Positions 28,255-38,670 are shown, numbered from the stretch's first letter. The stretch: DNA of 64,000 nt from Theionarchaea archaeon (GCA_018992685.1 JACVGT010000008.1:67414-131413), one strand, 5' to 3'. The notes: a model not told the origin generated them from the sequence alone. Numbers and translations are program-made.

Positions 28255-29397
28255 ATGGATAATATGGAAATTGAGGTCTCAGATCGGATAAACACATTCC
28301 TTCTACTTTCCTTCAAGAAAAGAAAGCTAAGTCTCGAGATTCATCTAGAAAAAACGAAAACAGGCATTTTTGAAGGAATCAAAGAGTGGAGAAAAACCTA
28401 TAGGGAAGAACTTGAGATTCTGCAGAGACTGAATCCAGAAGATAGAGAAGAAAAGATGATCATAGAAGAACTGTGCAGCCGGAAACTCTTTTTCCAATTC
28501 GAAGACGCGGAAAGAGAAGAGAATTCATACAATGATTTTTCACACATTCTCCTCGGAAGACACGATTTTGTTTACCTGCTGGAAAGTCCGAACCTTGTTG
28601 AAACGAGCTCGATTCTTCACAATATCAACAAGAAGCTGGAAGAACAAGGTTTGATCGAGGAAAGCGAAAACATTTCAGGCATTCCTATGGACTTCACTTT
28701 CGACTGTGAAGGAAAATGCAGGTATTTCATTGGCGAGAATAATGCCTGGTTCAGGGGAGAAGGACATTCCTTTCGGAGGATTAAGATGTATAAAAGCTTT
28801 ATTTATGCCATATTCTGCATCGAATTCAAGAAGGGGGCGAAGGAAGAAGGTCAGTTTGTCAATCTGCCTGAATTCCTTTTGAAGTTGGAAATCCTTCGTG
28901 ATGAACTAAGGAGACACGCTATCGGAATGTTCCTAGGATTTGGCCTTCACGATCTTATCCTAATATTGGGAAGTGAGAAAATCTCCGACATTGTTTCAAT
29001 TGTGCTGAGATTCAGGGAAATCTATCTTCTTAACAGGGAATCAAGCACCATTAGAGACACATCCACAATTTTCTGTTTGCCTGAGGAAGAACCTAAGAAT
29101 TCGGAGTCAAGTGAAGACATCGAATATTCTACTCTGGTCAGTATTGTAACGGGTAGTGACAATCTCACATATCAGGAGATAAGAAGCAATGACGTGATTA
29201 GGAGTTGTGTCCAGAATGGAGAAATCAGATTTTTCGAGAGACAAGGATACTATGATCTCATAATGTCATTCAGACCAAAATCCCACTACTCAGCGAGGCA
29301 TGTGACCGAAGAGTTATTCAAAATCGACAGTGTCCTCAAGACCTCTACGATAGTGAAGATGGAAAAGGAAGAGGGTAGAAAACACCCACAAGACTGA
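28255..29397 (+). CDS. Uncharacterised protein with three Lrp/AsnC-C-terminal-like (GxxD) repeats
   Basis: LLGRHDFVYLL, GFGLHDLILIL and RQGYYDLIMSF; the last two are followed by xTSTI strands. SD GGAGG. Confidence 0.65.
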   Translation: MDNMEIEVSDRINTFLLLSFKKRKLSLEIHLEKTKTGIFEGIKEWRKTYREELEILQRLNPEDREEKMIIEELCSRKLFFQFEDAEREENSYNDFSHILLGRHDFVYLLESPNLVETSSILHNINKKLEEQGLIEESENISGIPMDFTFDCEGKCRYFIGENNAWFRGEGHSFRRIKMYKSFIYAIFCIEFKKGAKEEGQFVNLPEFLLKLEILRDELRRHAIGMFLGFGLHDLILILGSEKISDIVSIVLRFREIYLLNRESSTIRDTSTIFCLPEEEPKNSESSEDIEYSTLVSIVTGSDNLTYQEIRSNDVIRSCVQNGEIRFFERQGYYDLIMSFRPKSHYSARHVTEELFKIDSVLKTSTIVKMEKEEGRKHPQD

Positions 29398-29418
29398 AAG
29401 GAAAAGAGGCGACTTGCA

Positions 29419-31770
29419 ATGAGAGATAAGAACGAACTGGGAAGAAAAATCTTCGAGAAAAGAAGGCGCCTAGTAAAAGACCTGGCCAAGGCTCATCTGA
29501 GATCGATTCATGCCTTCAGAAGAAATTGGAATTCCAAGTACGAGAATTTTCTTCTTCCAAAGGCAGAAACCGTTTTTGATTATCTGACAAGAGAGACTGA
29601 AGGAACTAAGTCAATGCAATATTCTGGTGCTGACGAATGGTTCAAGATTCACGAGGATGAGGAAAGGTTGGAAAGGACAGTCCAGGCAATCCTCACCATT
29701 CTCAATTGGATATACTGGCAGAGACTTGAAGGCCATGAAGTAACCGATGTTTCAGCAGCAAGAGAATGTTCTTTTGAAGACATTGGAGGGATTCAACAGC
29801 TTTTCATCGCTTCTGACGCTCTGATCGGAGATTACAAGTCGAGTTTTTCCTTTAAGATTCCCTATGACATCTTCAGTGTTTTCGGCCTCCATCATTCTAT
29901 GCAGGCCACCTTTCCTTTTTTCGTTTCTGCCCCGCGATATGCAAAGTACGGGTTTTTTCCATGCTGGGTTCTCTTTTCGCATGAAGTAGCCCACATCGCA
30001 GTAGGATGGATACAAAAGAACTATGGCAGATGGTTGACGATTGAAAGAGATCTGGTGACGTTGTCTGAGAATAATACCATAAGGAATTCTGGAGAGCTCG
30101 AAGAATTTCTTGGCGAAGTCAGTAAGTTAAAAAAACAGAAAAGAAAAATACGAAAAGAGATCAACGAAACGGAAGAAGCAAAGGTAGACCAGATTACGGA
30201 GCTAGAAGAGAAACTTGAAGAAATGGAAAGCCTTGTGAGGGAAATGAAGAAGAAATCAACATTTTTTGGCGAACAATATAAAGAATATCTCGATAGTAAG
30301 ATAGAAGATAGAGGAAAGCTAATCTTTGAAGAAATCAAATCCTGGTCAGACAAGATCTTCAATGAGATGAGATCATTCTTGATATCTAACTCGATTGAAC
30401 TCAAACGCTTTGAAGAATTGCTGGGCAGATTGAAAACAATAGATGGATGCGGAGAAATTGAGGAGTTTGATCGCTGGTCAGACTTCGTTTCATCATGTGG
30501 AGAAATACTCCGTGAATTGGATGATATTGTTGAAGAAAATGATCTCAAGGAACAGATTGAAGCCACTAGCCTGAACTCCAGAATAGACGATCTGGATGCT
30601 TATTTGCTGAACTATGTTGAAGTCTATAAACCTATAATGGAATTTGCTAGAAACTTCATTGATTCAGATGATGCGTCTTTGAATAATAAAATCGAAGATT
30701 TTTTCGGGAAATGGAAAAATATCTGTCTAAGAGCCGATGAACTAACTGAATTGATGACAAGACTTACAAGTGGACATACAGGCCGGAGAATCTCATATGG
30801 ACGCTTCCAGAATTTTTCCGAACAGCTAATTTGTGATATTATTGCAACTCTCCTTTCAGGTGAGTACTACATATACTCATTTTGTTTCTTTAATTTCTTT
30901 CCAACCCTCCTTACGTCCAAGAAAGGAATCGTTGGACAAATTGCCCGGACACCCATGGTCCTTAGACTTTTTGTTTGCCTAGAGACTCTTGGACACACAG
31001 TGCCCGAATTGAGGGAACCATTAGATTCACTCTCGGAAAAATATCTGTATTCAAGGAGAAGAGATGAAACAGTTGCCAAAGAGGGCAATGAAAACTGTAA
31101 CCCAACTGAATTTGGTGTAGTTGAAATTCTTGAACAATTGTCCATAGAATGTAGGAAAAGAGACAGGAGAACTGAACCAGAAGTCCATCAGAATCAGAAG
31201 AACATGATCGAAGAGCTCTTGAAGGAAGTCTTAGATGAAGAAAAGCTGGTTGGAGAATTTTTCACTAGAAATAAGAGGAAAATGGACACAAAGAGTGAGA
31301 TGGGTGACCTACTAGACCGTTTCAACTACATGGACAGTCTCTTGCAGGAGGATCTCAGAGTGCTTCTGAGACGAGGGTCGCCAGCGCTAGAGAAACTTGA
31401 AGGTCGGGGGATCGAAAAGAACTCCCTTCATGAATTGATAGATCTAATTAGAGATAATCTAATTAATGCTGAAGGGTGTTTCTACAATCCAAAGAAGGAT
31501 TTTGAAGAAATCAGGAAGATGGAAAGTCTTTCAGACAGACTCAGGAAAGGGATCATAATTCTAGATTCTGAACAGAAATCGAGGTACATTATCTCTGCAT
31601 TTTGCTATCTTTATTTCAAGGAAAGATTGGTTGGAGGAACGCCGAAGCACGACTTCATCAAGGCCTTCAATTCCACCGTGCTCTCAATCGCGTGGTCAAA
31701 ACAAGCATTGGAACGATTTTCGCACGAAAAGAGTTCAGCGCCTGGCAGCAATCCAGGGGAAGTTCATTGA
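29419..31770 (+). CDS. Large HExxH zincin-like protein with coiled-coil insertion
   Basis: LFSHEVAHI, distal EQLICD..A...SGEYY, long E/K-rich helical insert. 21 nt after the previous gene. Confidence 0.7.
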   Translation: MRDKNELGRKIFEKRRRLVKDLAKAHLRSIHAFRRNWNSKYENFLLPKAETVFDYLTRETEGTKSMQYSGADEWFKIHEDEERLERTVQAILTILNWIYWQRLEGHEVTDVSAARECSFEDIGGIQQLFIASDALIGDYKSSFSFKIPYDIFSVFGLHHSMQATFPFFVSAPRYAKYGFFPCWVLFSHEVAHIAVGWIQKNYGRWLTIERDLVTLSENNTIRNSGELEEFLGEVSKLKKQKRKIRKEINETEEAKVDQITELEEKLEEMESLVREMKKKSTFFGEQYKEYLDSKIEDRGKLIFEEIKSWSDKIFNEMRSFLISNSIELKRFEELLGRLKTIDGCGEIEEFDRWSDFVSSCGEILRELDDIVEENDLKEQIEATSLNSRIDDLDAYLLNYVEVYKPIMEFARNFIDSDDASLNNKIEDFFGKWKNICLRADELTELMTRLTSGHTGRRISYGRFQNFSEQLICDIIATLLSGEYYIYSFCFFNFFPTLLTSKKGIVGQIARTPMVLRLFVCLETLGHTVPELREPLDSLSEKYLYSRRRDETVAKEGNENCNPTEFGVVEILEQLSIECRKRDRRTEPEVHQNQKNMIEELLKEVLDEEKLVGEFFTRNKRKMDTKSEMGDLLDRFNYMDSLLQEDLRVLLRRGSPALEKLEGRGIEKNSLHELIDLIRDNLINAEGCFYNPKKDFEEIRKMESLSDRLRKGIIILDSEQKSRYIISAFCYLYFKERLVGGTPKHDFIKAFNSTVLSIAWSKQALERFSHEKSSAPGSNPGEVH

Positions 31771-31998
31771 CATGTATTCCCATCCCTTCTTCTCCACCAC
31801 AAGAACCTCACCACTCTTGTAGAATCGTATGTATCCTTTTCTTCTCAAATACTGGAGTGAGCCTCTGTACTCGGGGACTCTTGACACTGCAGTGAGAGGT
31901 GCGTATTTTTCATGATGTGCCTTGATCCATTTGGCAAGTCTAGGCAATACCATTTCCAAAGCGTAGGATTCACTTTTCTCCAGTTTTATTAACTTCAT
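31735..31998 (-). CDS. Small basic protein, possible winged helix
   Basis: LQYLRRKGYIR...VVEKKG resembles a wing. Own TATA-like CTTAAATA about 25 nt upstream. Confidence 0.5.
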   Translation of the reverse strand: MKLIKLEKSESYALEMVLPRLAKWIKAHHEKYAPLTAVSRVPEYRGSLQYLRRKGYIRFYKSGEVLVVEKKGWEYMSMNFPWIAARR

Positions 31999-32517
31999 CA
32001 CAATAATTAAGATTATTAAGATATTTAAGCTTTTTCGTTTTACTAGTTTGTAAATAAGATACGGACAACTGCAATCTCCTTTCCTGTGTTAAAATCATCA
32101 AAGGAAGCAGAATTTCTATCGCTCAGATGATACATTCTCCATGCTAGAGAAGGCTGTCTTCCCAACGGTACGTCTCACCTGCAAGGTTAAAGAATACGCA
32201 CAAACTTGTAGATCATGATATCTGTATATCAGGTGGTGGAAAAGTGCATCTGAGGTGTTTTCCTAATAGATGCTTCTTAGCATACCAGATAGGTCCTTGG
32301 TAATAATAAATGAAACAAACTTGAAGAATGATATCCTTTTGCTTCATCTCTTTTTTCTCATACAGAGACAATCATCCCAGAATATCTCTCATCGATGGAT
32401 TCTTACGACAGCATCCTAGGTTGGATTGCCCTTTTCTTAACGGAACGGGTTATCTCATTATGTGGATCACAGAGGCTCTTTAAGAAGGTTTTTAAATGTT
32501 CGTCCTTTACTACGCTC

Positions 32518-32880
32518 ATGAAAAGAGTAATCCTGCTTCTGTTAGTACTCTCGGTTGGATGTGTTGGGCAGAAAAAGAGCTACAACATGGACGAGAGTCG
32601 CGACATTGCGCGAGAATTCGTGCTCACCAGTCCCACCTACAAGTTCGACGGAAACGGACTCGAACTTGTCGATACGGTGACTCTGGAGTGTGACTCCTGC
32701 TGGCAGTTCACCTTCACGTTCACATCAAGTCATGGTGGATATGGCGATAGAACAGGGGAGATAATAACTCAGGTCATCACCCCGCACGTGGCCGCAGTGA
32801 CAGTCGAGAATGGGAAGGTGACAAGAGCTGTGCTTGATGAGAGTTGGGACATGATCTCCCAGACACTGCTGGGAGAATGA
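32518..32880 (+). CDS. Putative lipoprotein
   Basis: MKRVILLLLVLSVGC lipobox-type signal. TATA TTTTTAAA about 25 nt upstream. Confidence 0.75.
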   Translation: MKRVILLLLVLSVGCVGQKKSYNMDESRDIAREFVLTSPTYKFDGNGLELVDTVTLECDSCWQFTFTFTSSHGGYGDRTGEIITQVITPHVAAVTVENGKVTRAVLDESWDMISQTLLGE

Positions 32881-32936
32881 TGATGCCTCACTGACGAATC
32901 ACCTAGATTTTTAAGGGGCTCTTTACATACTGTCCC

Positions 32937-33332
32937 ATGCAGTGGAAACGCATCGCAGCTATCGTTGCCCTCACGACAGACGAGTTGATGTTCACCTTCT
33001 TGTTTTTTGTAGTGCTGCCCTTATTCAACGTGAGACTGCCGCTTTCAGTCTATGGTGGTGTCATTGGTTTCCTGATTGGCAAGGATCTCATCGTCGTGAG
33101 ACTCATTTGGAACGTTGTTGTAAAACCCCCTGAAACGGGGAGTGAAGCACTGCTGCGAAAAGTTGGGGTCGCTGTCACTGATATTGATGCCCATTCTTCA
33201 GGTACAGTTCAGATTGAGAATGAACTGTGGAACGCAGAGTCAGTTCATCCTGTCAGGAAAGGGGATAGGGTGAAAATCCTCTCTCTAGAGGGTCTCTCTC
33301 TCCAGGTAGAACCAGTGGCTGATCAAGAATAG
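32937..33332 (+). CDS. NfeD-like protein (short form, C-terminal OB domain)
   Basis: TM helices followed by TGSEALL.KVG...GTVQIENELWNA...GDRVKI. Confidence 0.85.
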   Translation: MQWKRIAAIVALTTDELMFTFLFFVVLPLFNVRLPLSVYGGVIGFLIGKDLIVVRLIWNVVVKPPETGSEALLRKVGVAVTDIDAHSSGTVQIENELWNAESVHPVRKGDRVKILSLEGLSLQVEPVADQE

Positions 33333-33398
33333 CACCAAGGTTCATCCACTGACACGTGACCTGGAAAAGGATTTTAAGAACAGGTTCCAGGGTAGAGC

Positions 33399-34148
33399 AT
33401 GGCCAGCTTCATGTTGGATTTGGATGGAGTTTTACGAAGAGGAACCCATGTTATTGCAGGAGCTCCAGAACTCCTTGAGGTACTGAATGACTATGTGGTG
33501 GTCACCAACAATTCCACGAGGACGTCTCAAATGTACGCAGAAGAACTCCAGGCCTTGGGACTGCGCATACCTCCTGAGAAAATTCTCACATCTGCTAGAG
33601 CAACAGCATTATTCCTGAAGGAGAACAGAGACTACCAGACAGCGTGGGTGGTGGGAGAAAAGGGGTTACTGCATGAAATCCAGGGCATTGGGTACACTGT
33701 TACTCCCGGTTGCCAGTGTGTCGTTGTGGGCTGGGACAGAACTCTCACCTATCAGAAGCTGGAGACCGCCTGTCTGGCCATCAGAAGGGGTGCAGAATTC
33801 ATTGGAACCAACCCAGACCTGACCTACCCATCAGAAAAGGGTATCATCCCCGGTTGTGGGTCAATTCTGGCTTTCCTTCAGGCCTGCACTGATAGAACTC
33901 CTTTGGTGATTGGAAAACCTAACACTCTCATTATGGAATTGGCGCTGAAAATGTTGAAAGACAAGGATGCCTACGTCATTGGGGACAGGTTGGACACTGA
34001 TGTACAGGCAGGTATCAATGCAAACCTGAAAACTATTCTGGTATTAACAGGAGTGGAAACTGAAGAAAGTGTTAGTTCCTCCAAAATCAAGCCAGATCTC
34101 ATATTTGAAACTCTTGATGATGTGAAAAGGTTCGTCTGTCAGTTCTGA
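33399..34148 (+). CDS. HAD-IIA hydrolase (NagD-like)
   Basis: DLDGV, TNNS, TNPD, GKP, IGDRLDTD, LVLTG. Confidence 0.92.
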   Translation: MASFMLDLDGVLRRGTHVIAGAPELLEVLNDYVVVTNNSTRTSQMYAEELQALGLRIPPEKILTSARATALFLKENRDYQTAWVVGEKGLLHEIQGIGYTVTPGCQCVVVGWDRTLTYQKLETACLAIRRGAEFIGTNPDLTYPSEKGIIPGCGSILAFLQACTDRTPLVIGKPNTLIMELALKMLKDKDAYVIGDRLDTDVQAGINANLKTILVLTGVETEESVSSSKIKPDLIFETLDDVKRFVCQF

Positions 34149-34319
34149 AAAGTCTGCCAATCCTCGACCTGGTCTATCCTCACATTCTCTTCCTTCCTTT
34201 CTTCTCCTTTCTTCACAAAGCATTTCGTTGACAGTTCACATACCAGGACGTTTCCAGAGCTTTTCTCAAGACACTCCTCAAACGAAACCTTGATGTGAGA
34301 ATACGTGTGAATTGAAACG

Positions 34320-35141
34320 TCACTGCACCAGAACACCCATGCATTCAGGGTGTTGCACAAGATAGCCGATAAAGAGTCCAAGAATGCCCAGCGATGCATA
34401 TGGTCCTGCATGCGCTTCGTCGTGCCTAGCAGCCAGCAACAATCCCGCAAGCCCGAAGGCTGAAGCGAACACCGCTCCCACTTCCAAGGAATGGGTGAAG
34501 GCTGATACAGCCAGCATACAGGGAAAAGCGATATCAGCACACCCAACGAGAGAGGGTCCATCTTTGGTGGTTGCTCTGAATATAAGGATGCTCTTCTCTT
34601 GAGACATGCCTTTTGCTATTTTCTCCATGTAATCACTCTGCCGTGATGATAGTATTGACGACAGCATGTCCAACAGAATGAGGAATGCAAAGAGTGCAAC
34701 TACGTGGATAACTTCAAAGTACGACCCCAGGACAGCAGCAGAACCTACAGCAAATATTCCGGTGCTCACGAGGTGAAACTGACTGACCCTATATTGGAGG
34801 ATTACTGCCACACTGGAGAGTACTACAATTACGTACCAGGTCTGACCCAGGAGGAGCAGGATAAGTGCGACTCCTGCCCACAAGAGTCCATATTCCCCAA
34901 ATGAATGGAACATGCGGCTCAGCCCAAACCGTATCAAGAGCAATAACATGATGATTACCACCACAATGAGGCACCCGACAACGACAAGCATGTTTACCTG
35001 CCCAATTCCACCTAGTGCTTCGTCTACTGTGCCAAGAAGATCAAATCTCCTTCCCAGTATTATAGCAGTTACCTACACCAGCAAATAGAGTAAGACAAGA
35101 AATACCCTGAAGTCCATGTGCCACTTTTCTTTGGTCTTCAT
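34320..35141 (-). pseudogene. Presenilin/GxGD-like intramembrane protease homolog interrupted by an in-frame TAG at 35073-35075
   Basis: ATG 35141 with SD GGAGTGA, in frame with the 223-aa ORF. LLDML...YMEKIAK and LVGCADIAFP resemble degenerate YD and GxGD motifs. Confidence 0.55.
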
Positions 35142-35145
35142 ACTA

Positions 35146-35907
35146 TCACTCCTTCCCCTTCAAAGAAAGAGCCAGGTTCGCCCAGGCATCATCTCGTTTC
35201 TCCTTGTCATCAATGCGTGAAGCAATCAGGTTAGCCAGAAATGACTGACTTGTGGATACCAACTTTGCATGAAACTCGGTGAGGCTCTTGCTCGTCTCAG
35301 CAAACATACCTAAGTATACACGGGCCACATAATTGGTCAAAATACTACCGATGGAACCCAGTACTCCAATGAGTGCTTTTTCTACCCATGTTGCCGATTC
35401 TGACCAGTACATCAGAAGGTACAGGGCTGCACCAATTATCCCCACCCCAAGAAAAACACACAGTACTCCCACAGCGAATATCCAGTAATTCTGGCTCAGA
35501 TTCAGATCATAATACCTTCTCAACTGAATTTGGTTAATTCTCAGCAATTTTTCAGCCCTGTTTTCTTCAGGTGTGGGAATCAAATCGAGAAGGTCAATCT
35601 CAAAAGCGAGGTCCTGTATCTCCTCCTGTATGGATTTCAGTTTTGTCCTTCCTACAGAGACCGCTGAGATAAGCGCTACCGTGCCAAAAGTGAGCAAGAC
35701 CACGTAATCCGCTGGAGAAAAAGGTGGTCGTATGTCAAAGAAGACATCAGTAATAAAACAGGCAAATCCCAACGATATGAAAATAAGGCCAACGACGAGA
35801 ACCAGACAGTAAACGCGCTGGATAGTCCTTAATCGGTTCGACCGCTCTTTCTTTTCCTTGGTGAAGGTTTCTTCCAGATCTTCATTCTTACTTCTTCCAG
35901 TATCCAT
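35146..35907 (-). CDS. Membrane protein with TRADD-N-associated-type 2TM domain
   Basis: YYDLNLSQNYWIF...G..II...GSILTNYV...LTEFHAKL pattern recalled for that domain, plus two N-terminal TMs. Confidence 0.6.
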   Translation of the reverse strand: MDTGRSKNEDLEETFTKEKKERSNRLRTIQRVYCLVLVVGLIFISLGFACFITDVFFDIRPPFSPADYVVLLTFGTVALISAVSVGRTKLKSIQEEIQDLAFEIDLLDLIPTPEENRAEKLLRINQIQLRRYYDLNLSQNYWIFAVGVLCVFLGVGIIGAALYLLMYWSESATWVEKALIGVLGSIGSILTNYVARVYLGMFAETSKSLTEFHAKLVSTSQSFLANLIASRIDDKEKRDDAWANLALSLKGKE

Positions 35908-36344
35908 GTCATGCCTCCCTTACGAGTTTGATCCACTCATTGTGTCAGGCGCTGAGCACCTGACCAAGATGAATCTGATCCCTATTCTTTCTGTCATTCA
36001 TATGTCTTGGGTCTGTGTTGATTAATGCAAACCGAATCGTAGATATCTGGGTTCCGGGTATCTCTCTTGGTATTATCGGGTGAATAGCCCAAAATAAGAC
36101 CTTGAGTCTCCTATCAGTCTCATTCTGCTTTTCATTTCACTTTGAGATGTGACAAGAGTAGTCAGCACTCTAATGAAGGAATGGCAGCTCGAATATCTGA
36201 AGAACTGGATTGATTGCCTCCCTGTCTAGCTGATCAGCAGCCCAGCACTCCACGGATTCGGAGTAGGGTGATAGACACGATCGATCATTCGAAGAGATCG
36301 GACTTCTCTTGTCTTCATGTCGAAGCTCGATGTTCTTATGGCAG

Positions 36345-37061
36345 CTAAACCAGAAGTACAGCCAAAATTCCAGTGAGGAAAATCCCATCAAATGTGCCAG
36401 CACCACCAATTGAGGCAGTGGGCGCGCCCAGACTCTTTATCTTGTTCAAATTCAGAAGATCAGCCCCGATCAAGACTCCCAGAACGCCAGAAGTATAAGC
36501 AATAACAGTCCGGATTCCCCCTGGGAAAACGAGAGACAGTCCAACAGCAACCAGAGCAGAAGTCAGTGGAGCCACAAAGAGCGGCATGCCAATCCCCATG
36601 CCTGGTATGGGTTGAGCAAACCTGTGACAGACTACAACACAGATTGCAGTCCCCACAGCCACTGAAGGAATGGTGCGGGGAAACTGGAGCAGCAAGTACA
36701 CAGATATTACCACTGGTAAGACAGCTCCTCCAACATTTGCCGCAATAGTAGTCGTAACAGTCCTGTGCTCCAAAACGGGGCGGGGAAAAAACCAGCCAAA
36801 CCCTTTCAAGGGTTCATATCTCAGGACTTCACCTTCGGTCTTCACGTCCTTGATGGGGATATTGATAAAACTCCCAAGCAGGGAACCAAATAGCAGGAAG
36901 AAAGCCAGAGACGGGGGTAGGCCCAGTTTCGCAAAACTGACATCAATGAGGTTAATAATCAGCAACATCACCAGCAGAGGTATCAGCATAAACAGGAGAA
37001 ATAACAAGGGACTACCTGCGGGTGACTGCACAAATCTATCCATGGGCGAAAGAAATCTCAT
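36345..37061 (-). CDS. DUF1614 family membrane protein
   Basis: LLGSFINIP, ANVGGAVLP, LIGADLLNL, SIGGAGTFDGIFLTG. Confidence 0.88.
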   Translation of the reverse strand: MRFLSPMDRFVQSPAGSPLLFLLFMLIPLLVMLLIINLIDVSFAKLGLPPSLAFFLLFGSLLGSFINIPIKDVKTEGEVLRYEPLKGFGWFFPRPVLEHRTVTTTIAANVGGAVLPVVISVYLLLQFPRTIPSVAVGTAICVVVCHRFAQPIPGMGIGMPLFVAPLTSALVAVGLSLVFPGGIRTVIAYTSGVLGVLIGADLLNLNKIKSLGAPTASIGGAGTFDGIFLTGILAVLLV

Positions 37062-37207
37062 CCCTTATAAAAGTTGTGGGGAAAGGGAAGGGAGGATGAG
37101 GGAAGAAAAGGGTGTCCCACTTCATATAGCCCTCAACCGGGGAGTGGAGGATAGAATCCATGGGAAAGGGCCGATACGCTTTTATCTTCATGCACCGAGT
37201 AGATTGC

Positions 37208-38236
37208 ATGAAAATCGTTGATCTGAGAAGTGATACCATCACACTACCTACTGCAGAAATGATGGAAGCTATTCAGAAAGCAGAACTCGGAGATGATGTT
37301 TTCGGAGAAGATCCCACCATCAACAAGCTCGAGAAAATGGCAGCCTCAAAGATAGGGAAGGAGAAAGCATTATTTGTAACCAGCGGGACCCAGGGAAATG
37401 TGGTGTCTTGCCTGACCCATACCCAGCGTGGAGATGAGGTAATCATGGAGGCCCAATCTCATGTCTTCCTCTATGAAGTTGGAGCCATGGCTGCCCTGGG
37501 AGGGTTGATGGCCCATCCTGTTCCAGGGCACAATGGCGTCTTGAGCCCAGATGATGTTGAAAAAGCTATCAGAGGGGATAATATCCACTTTCCAAAGACT
37601 CAATTACTTTGTGTAGAAAATACCCACAATAATGCAGGAGGGATTGCAGTCACACCTCAGGAAATTAAGGCACTGGCAGACGTGGTAAAACCACACAATA
37701 TCAGGATGCATCTGGATGGAGCCAGAGTGTTCAATGCAGCTCTTGCCCTGAATACTGATGTCAAGAATCTGACGAAAGAGGTTGATTCTGTGATGTTCTG
37801 TCTTTCAAAAGGGCTATCAGCACCTGTGGGTTCCCTGGTGTGCGGCACCCAGGATTTCGTTGAAAAAGCGCGAAAAGTGCGTAAAATGCTTGGAGGAGGC
37901 ATGAGACAGGCTGGAATTCTGGCAGCGTGCGGCGTTGTGGCACTGGAAACCATGGTGGATCGATTGAGAGATGACCATGTCAATGCCCGGACCCTGGCAG
38001 AGGGACTGGCAGACATGAAAGGGATTTCTATTGATATGGAGAAGGTTCAGACCAATATCATTGTGGTTGATGTATCAGGATTGGGTGGGTCTCAAAAGGT
38101 TGTCAGTGAACTGGAGAAGAAAGGGGTCAGGTGCCTGCCCCGGGATGAGACACACATCAGGATGGTCACGCACCGCATGATCAGTGCAGAGGATATTGAA
38201 GTGGCACTGGAACGGATCCGGGAAGTTGTCCCGTGA
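37208..38236 (+). CDS. ltaE: Low-specificity L-threonine aldolase
   Basis: DLRSDT, GDDVFGEDPT, ENTHN, HLDGAR, CLSKGLSAPVGS, GGGMRQAG. Confidence 0.95.
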   Translation: MKIVDLRSDTITLPTAEMMEAIQKAELGDDVFGEDPTINKLEKMAASKIGKEKALFVTSGTQGNVVSCLTHTQRGDEVIMEAQSHVFLYEVGAMAALGGLMAHPVPGHNGVLSPDDVEKAIRGDNIHFPKTQLLCVENTHNNAGGIAVTPQEIKALADVVKPHNIRMHLDGARVFNAALALNTDVKNLTKEVDSVMFCLSKGLSAPVGSLVCGTQDFVEKARKVRKMLGGGMRQAGILAACGVVALETMVDRLRDDHVNARTLAEGLADMKGISIDMEKVQTNIIVVDVSGLGGSQKVVSELEKKGVRCLPRDETHIRMVTHRMISAEDIEVALERIREVVP

Positions 38237-38601
38237 AGATCCTTCACACAGGAGAAGCCCCGCCCCTCTGGGGCCTTACTCACAGGCTGCAAAATCACAG
38301 GGAATGGTCTTTGTATCCGGGCAGGTACGAAGTAATCCGGAAACGGGAAAAAAGGTTGAAGATGGAATAGAAAAGGAACCTGAACAGGTATTGAAGAACG
38401 TGGAAGCCATTCTCAGGGGAGCAGGACGTCCTTGAGAATGTGGGTAGCATGACAGTACATCTAAGAGAGATTAACGACTTTTAGGCCATGAATGAGGGTT
38501 ACAGCCAGTTCTTTTCTCAGCATAGCCCAGCCAGGGCCTGTGTGGAAGCTACCGCAGTAGAGGACGTACGTGTGGAAATTGACCGCATAGCGGGTGATTA
38601 G
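38233..38601 (+). pseudogene. RidA/YjgF family pseudogene
   Basis: Fragments in different frames: GPYSQA..FVSGQ, VLKNVEAIL, NDF*AMNEGYSQFF..PARACVE..VEID. Frameshifts and an internal stop. Confidence 0.82.
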
Positions 38602-38670
38602 AACATACAGAACGCTGGAACTCAGTCACACGGTCAGCAAGGACACGCTCAAGGCAAGTTCCCGGTTATA

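Larger units (their letters stand above)
24060..32470. mobile_element. Putative horizontally acquired AT-rich island (boundaries approximate)
   Basis: Visibly AT-richer sequence, long intergenic gaps and only uncharacterised or regulatory genes. No integrase or att site seen. Confidence 0.5.
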
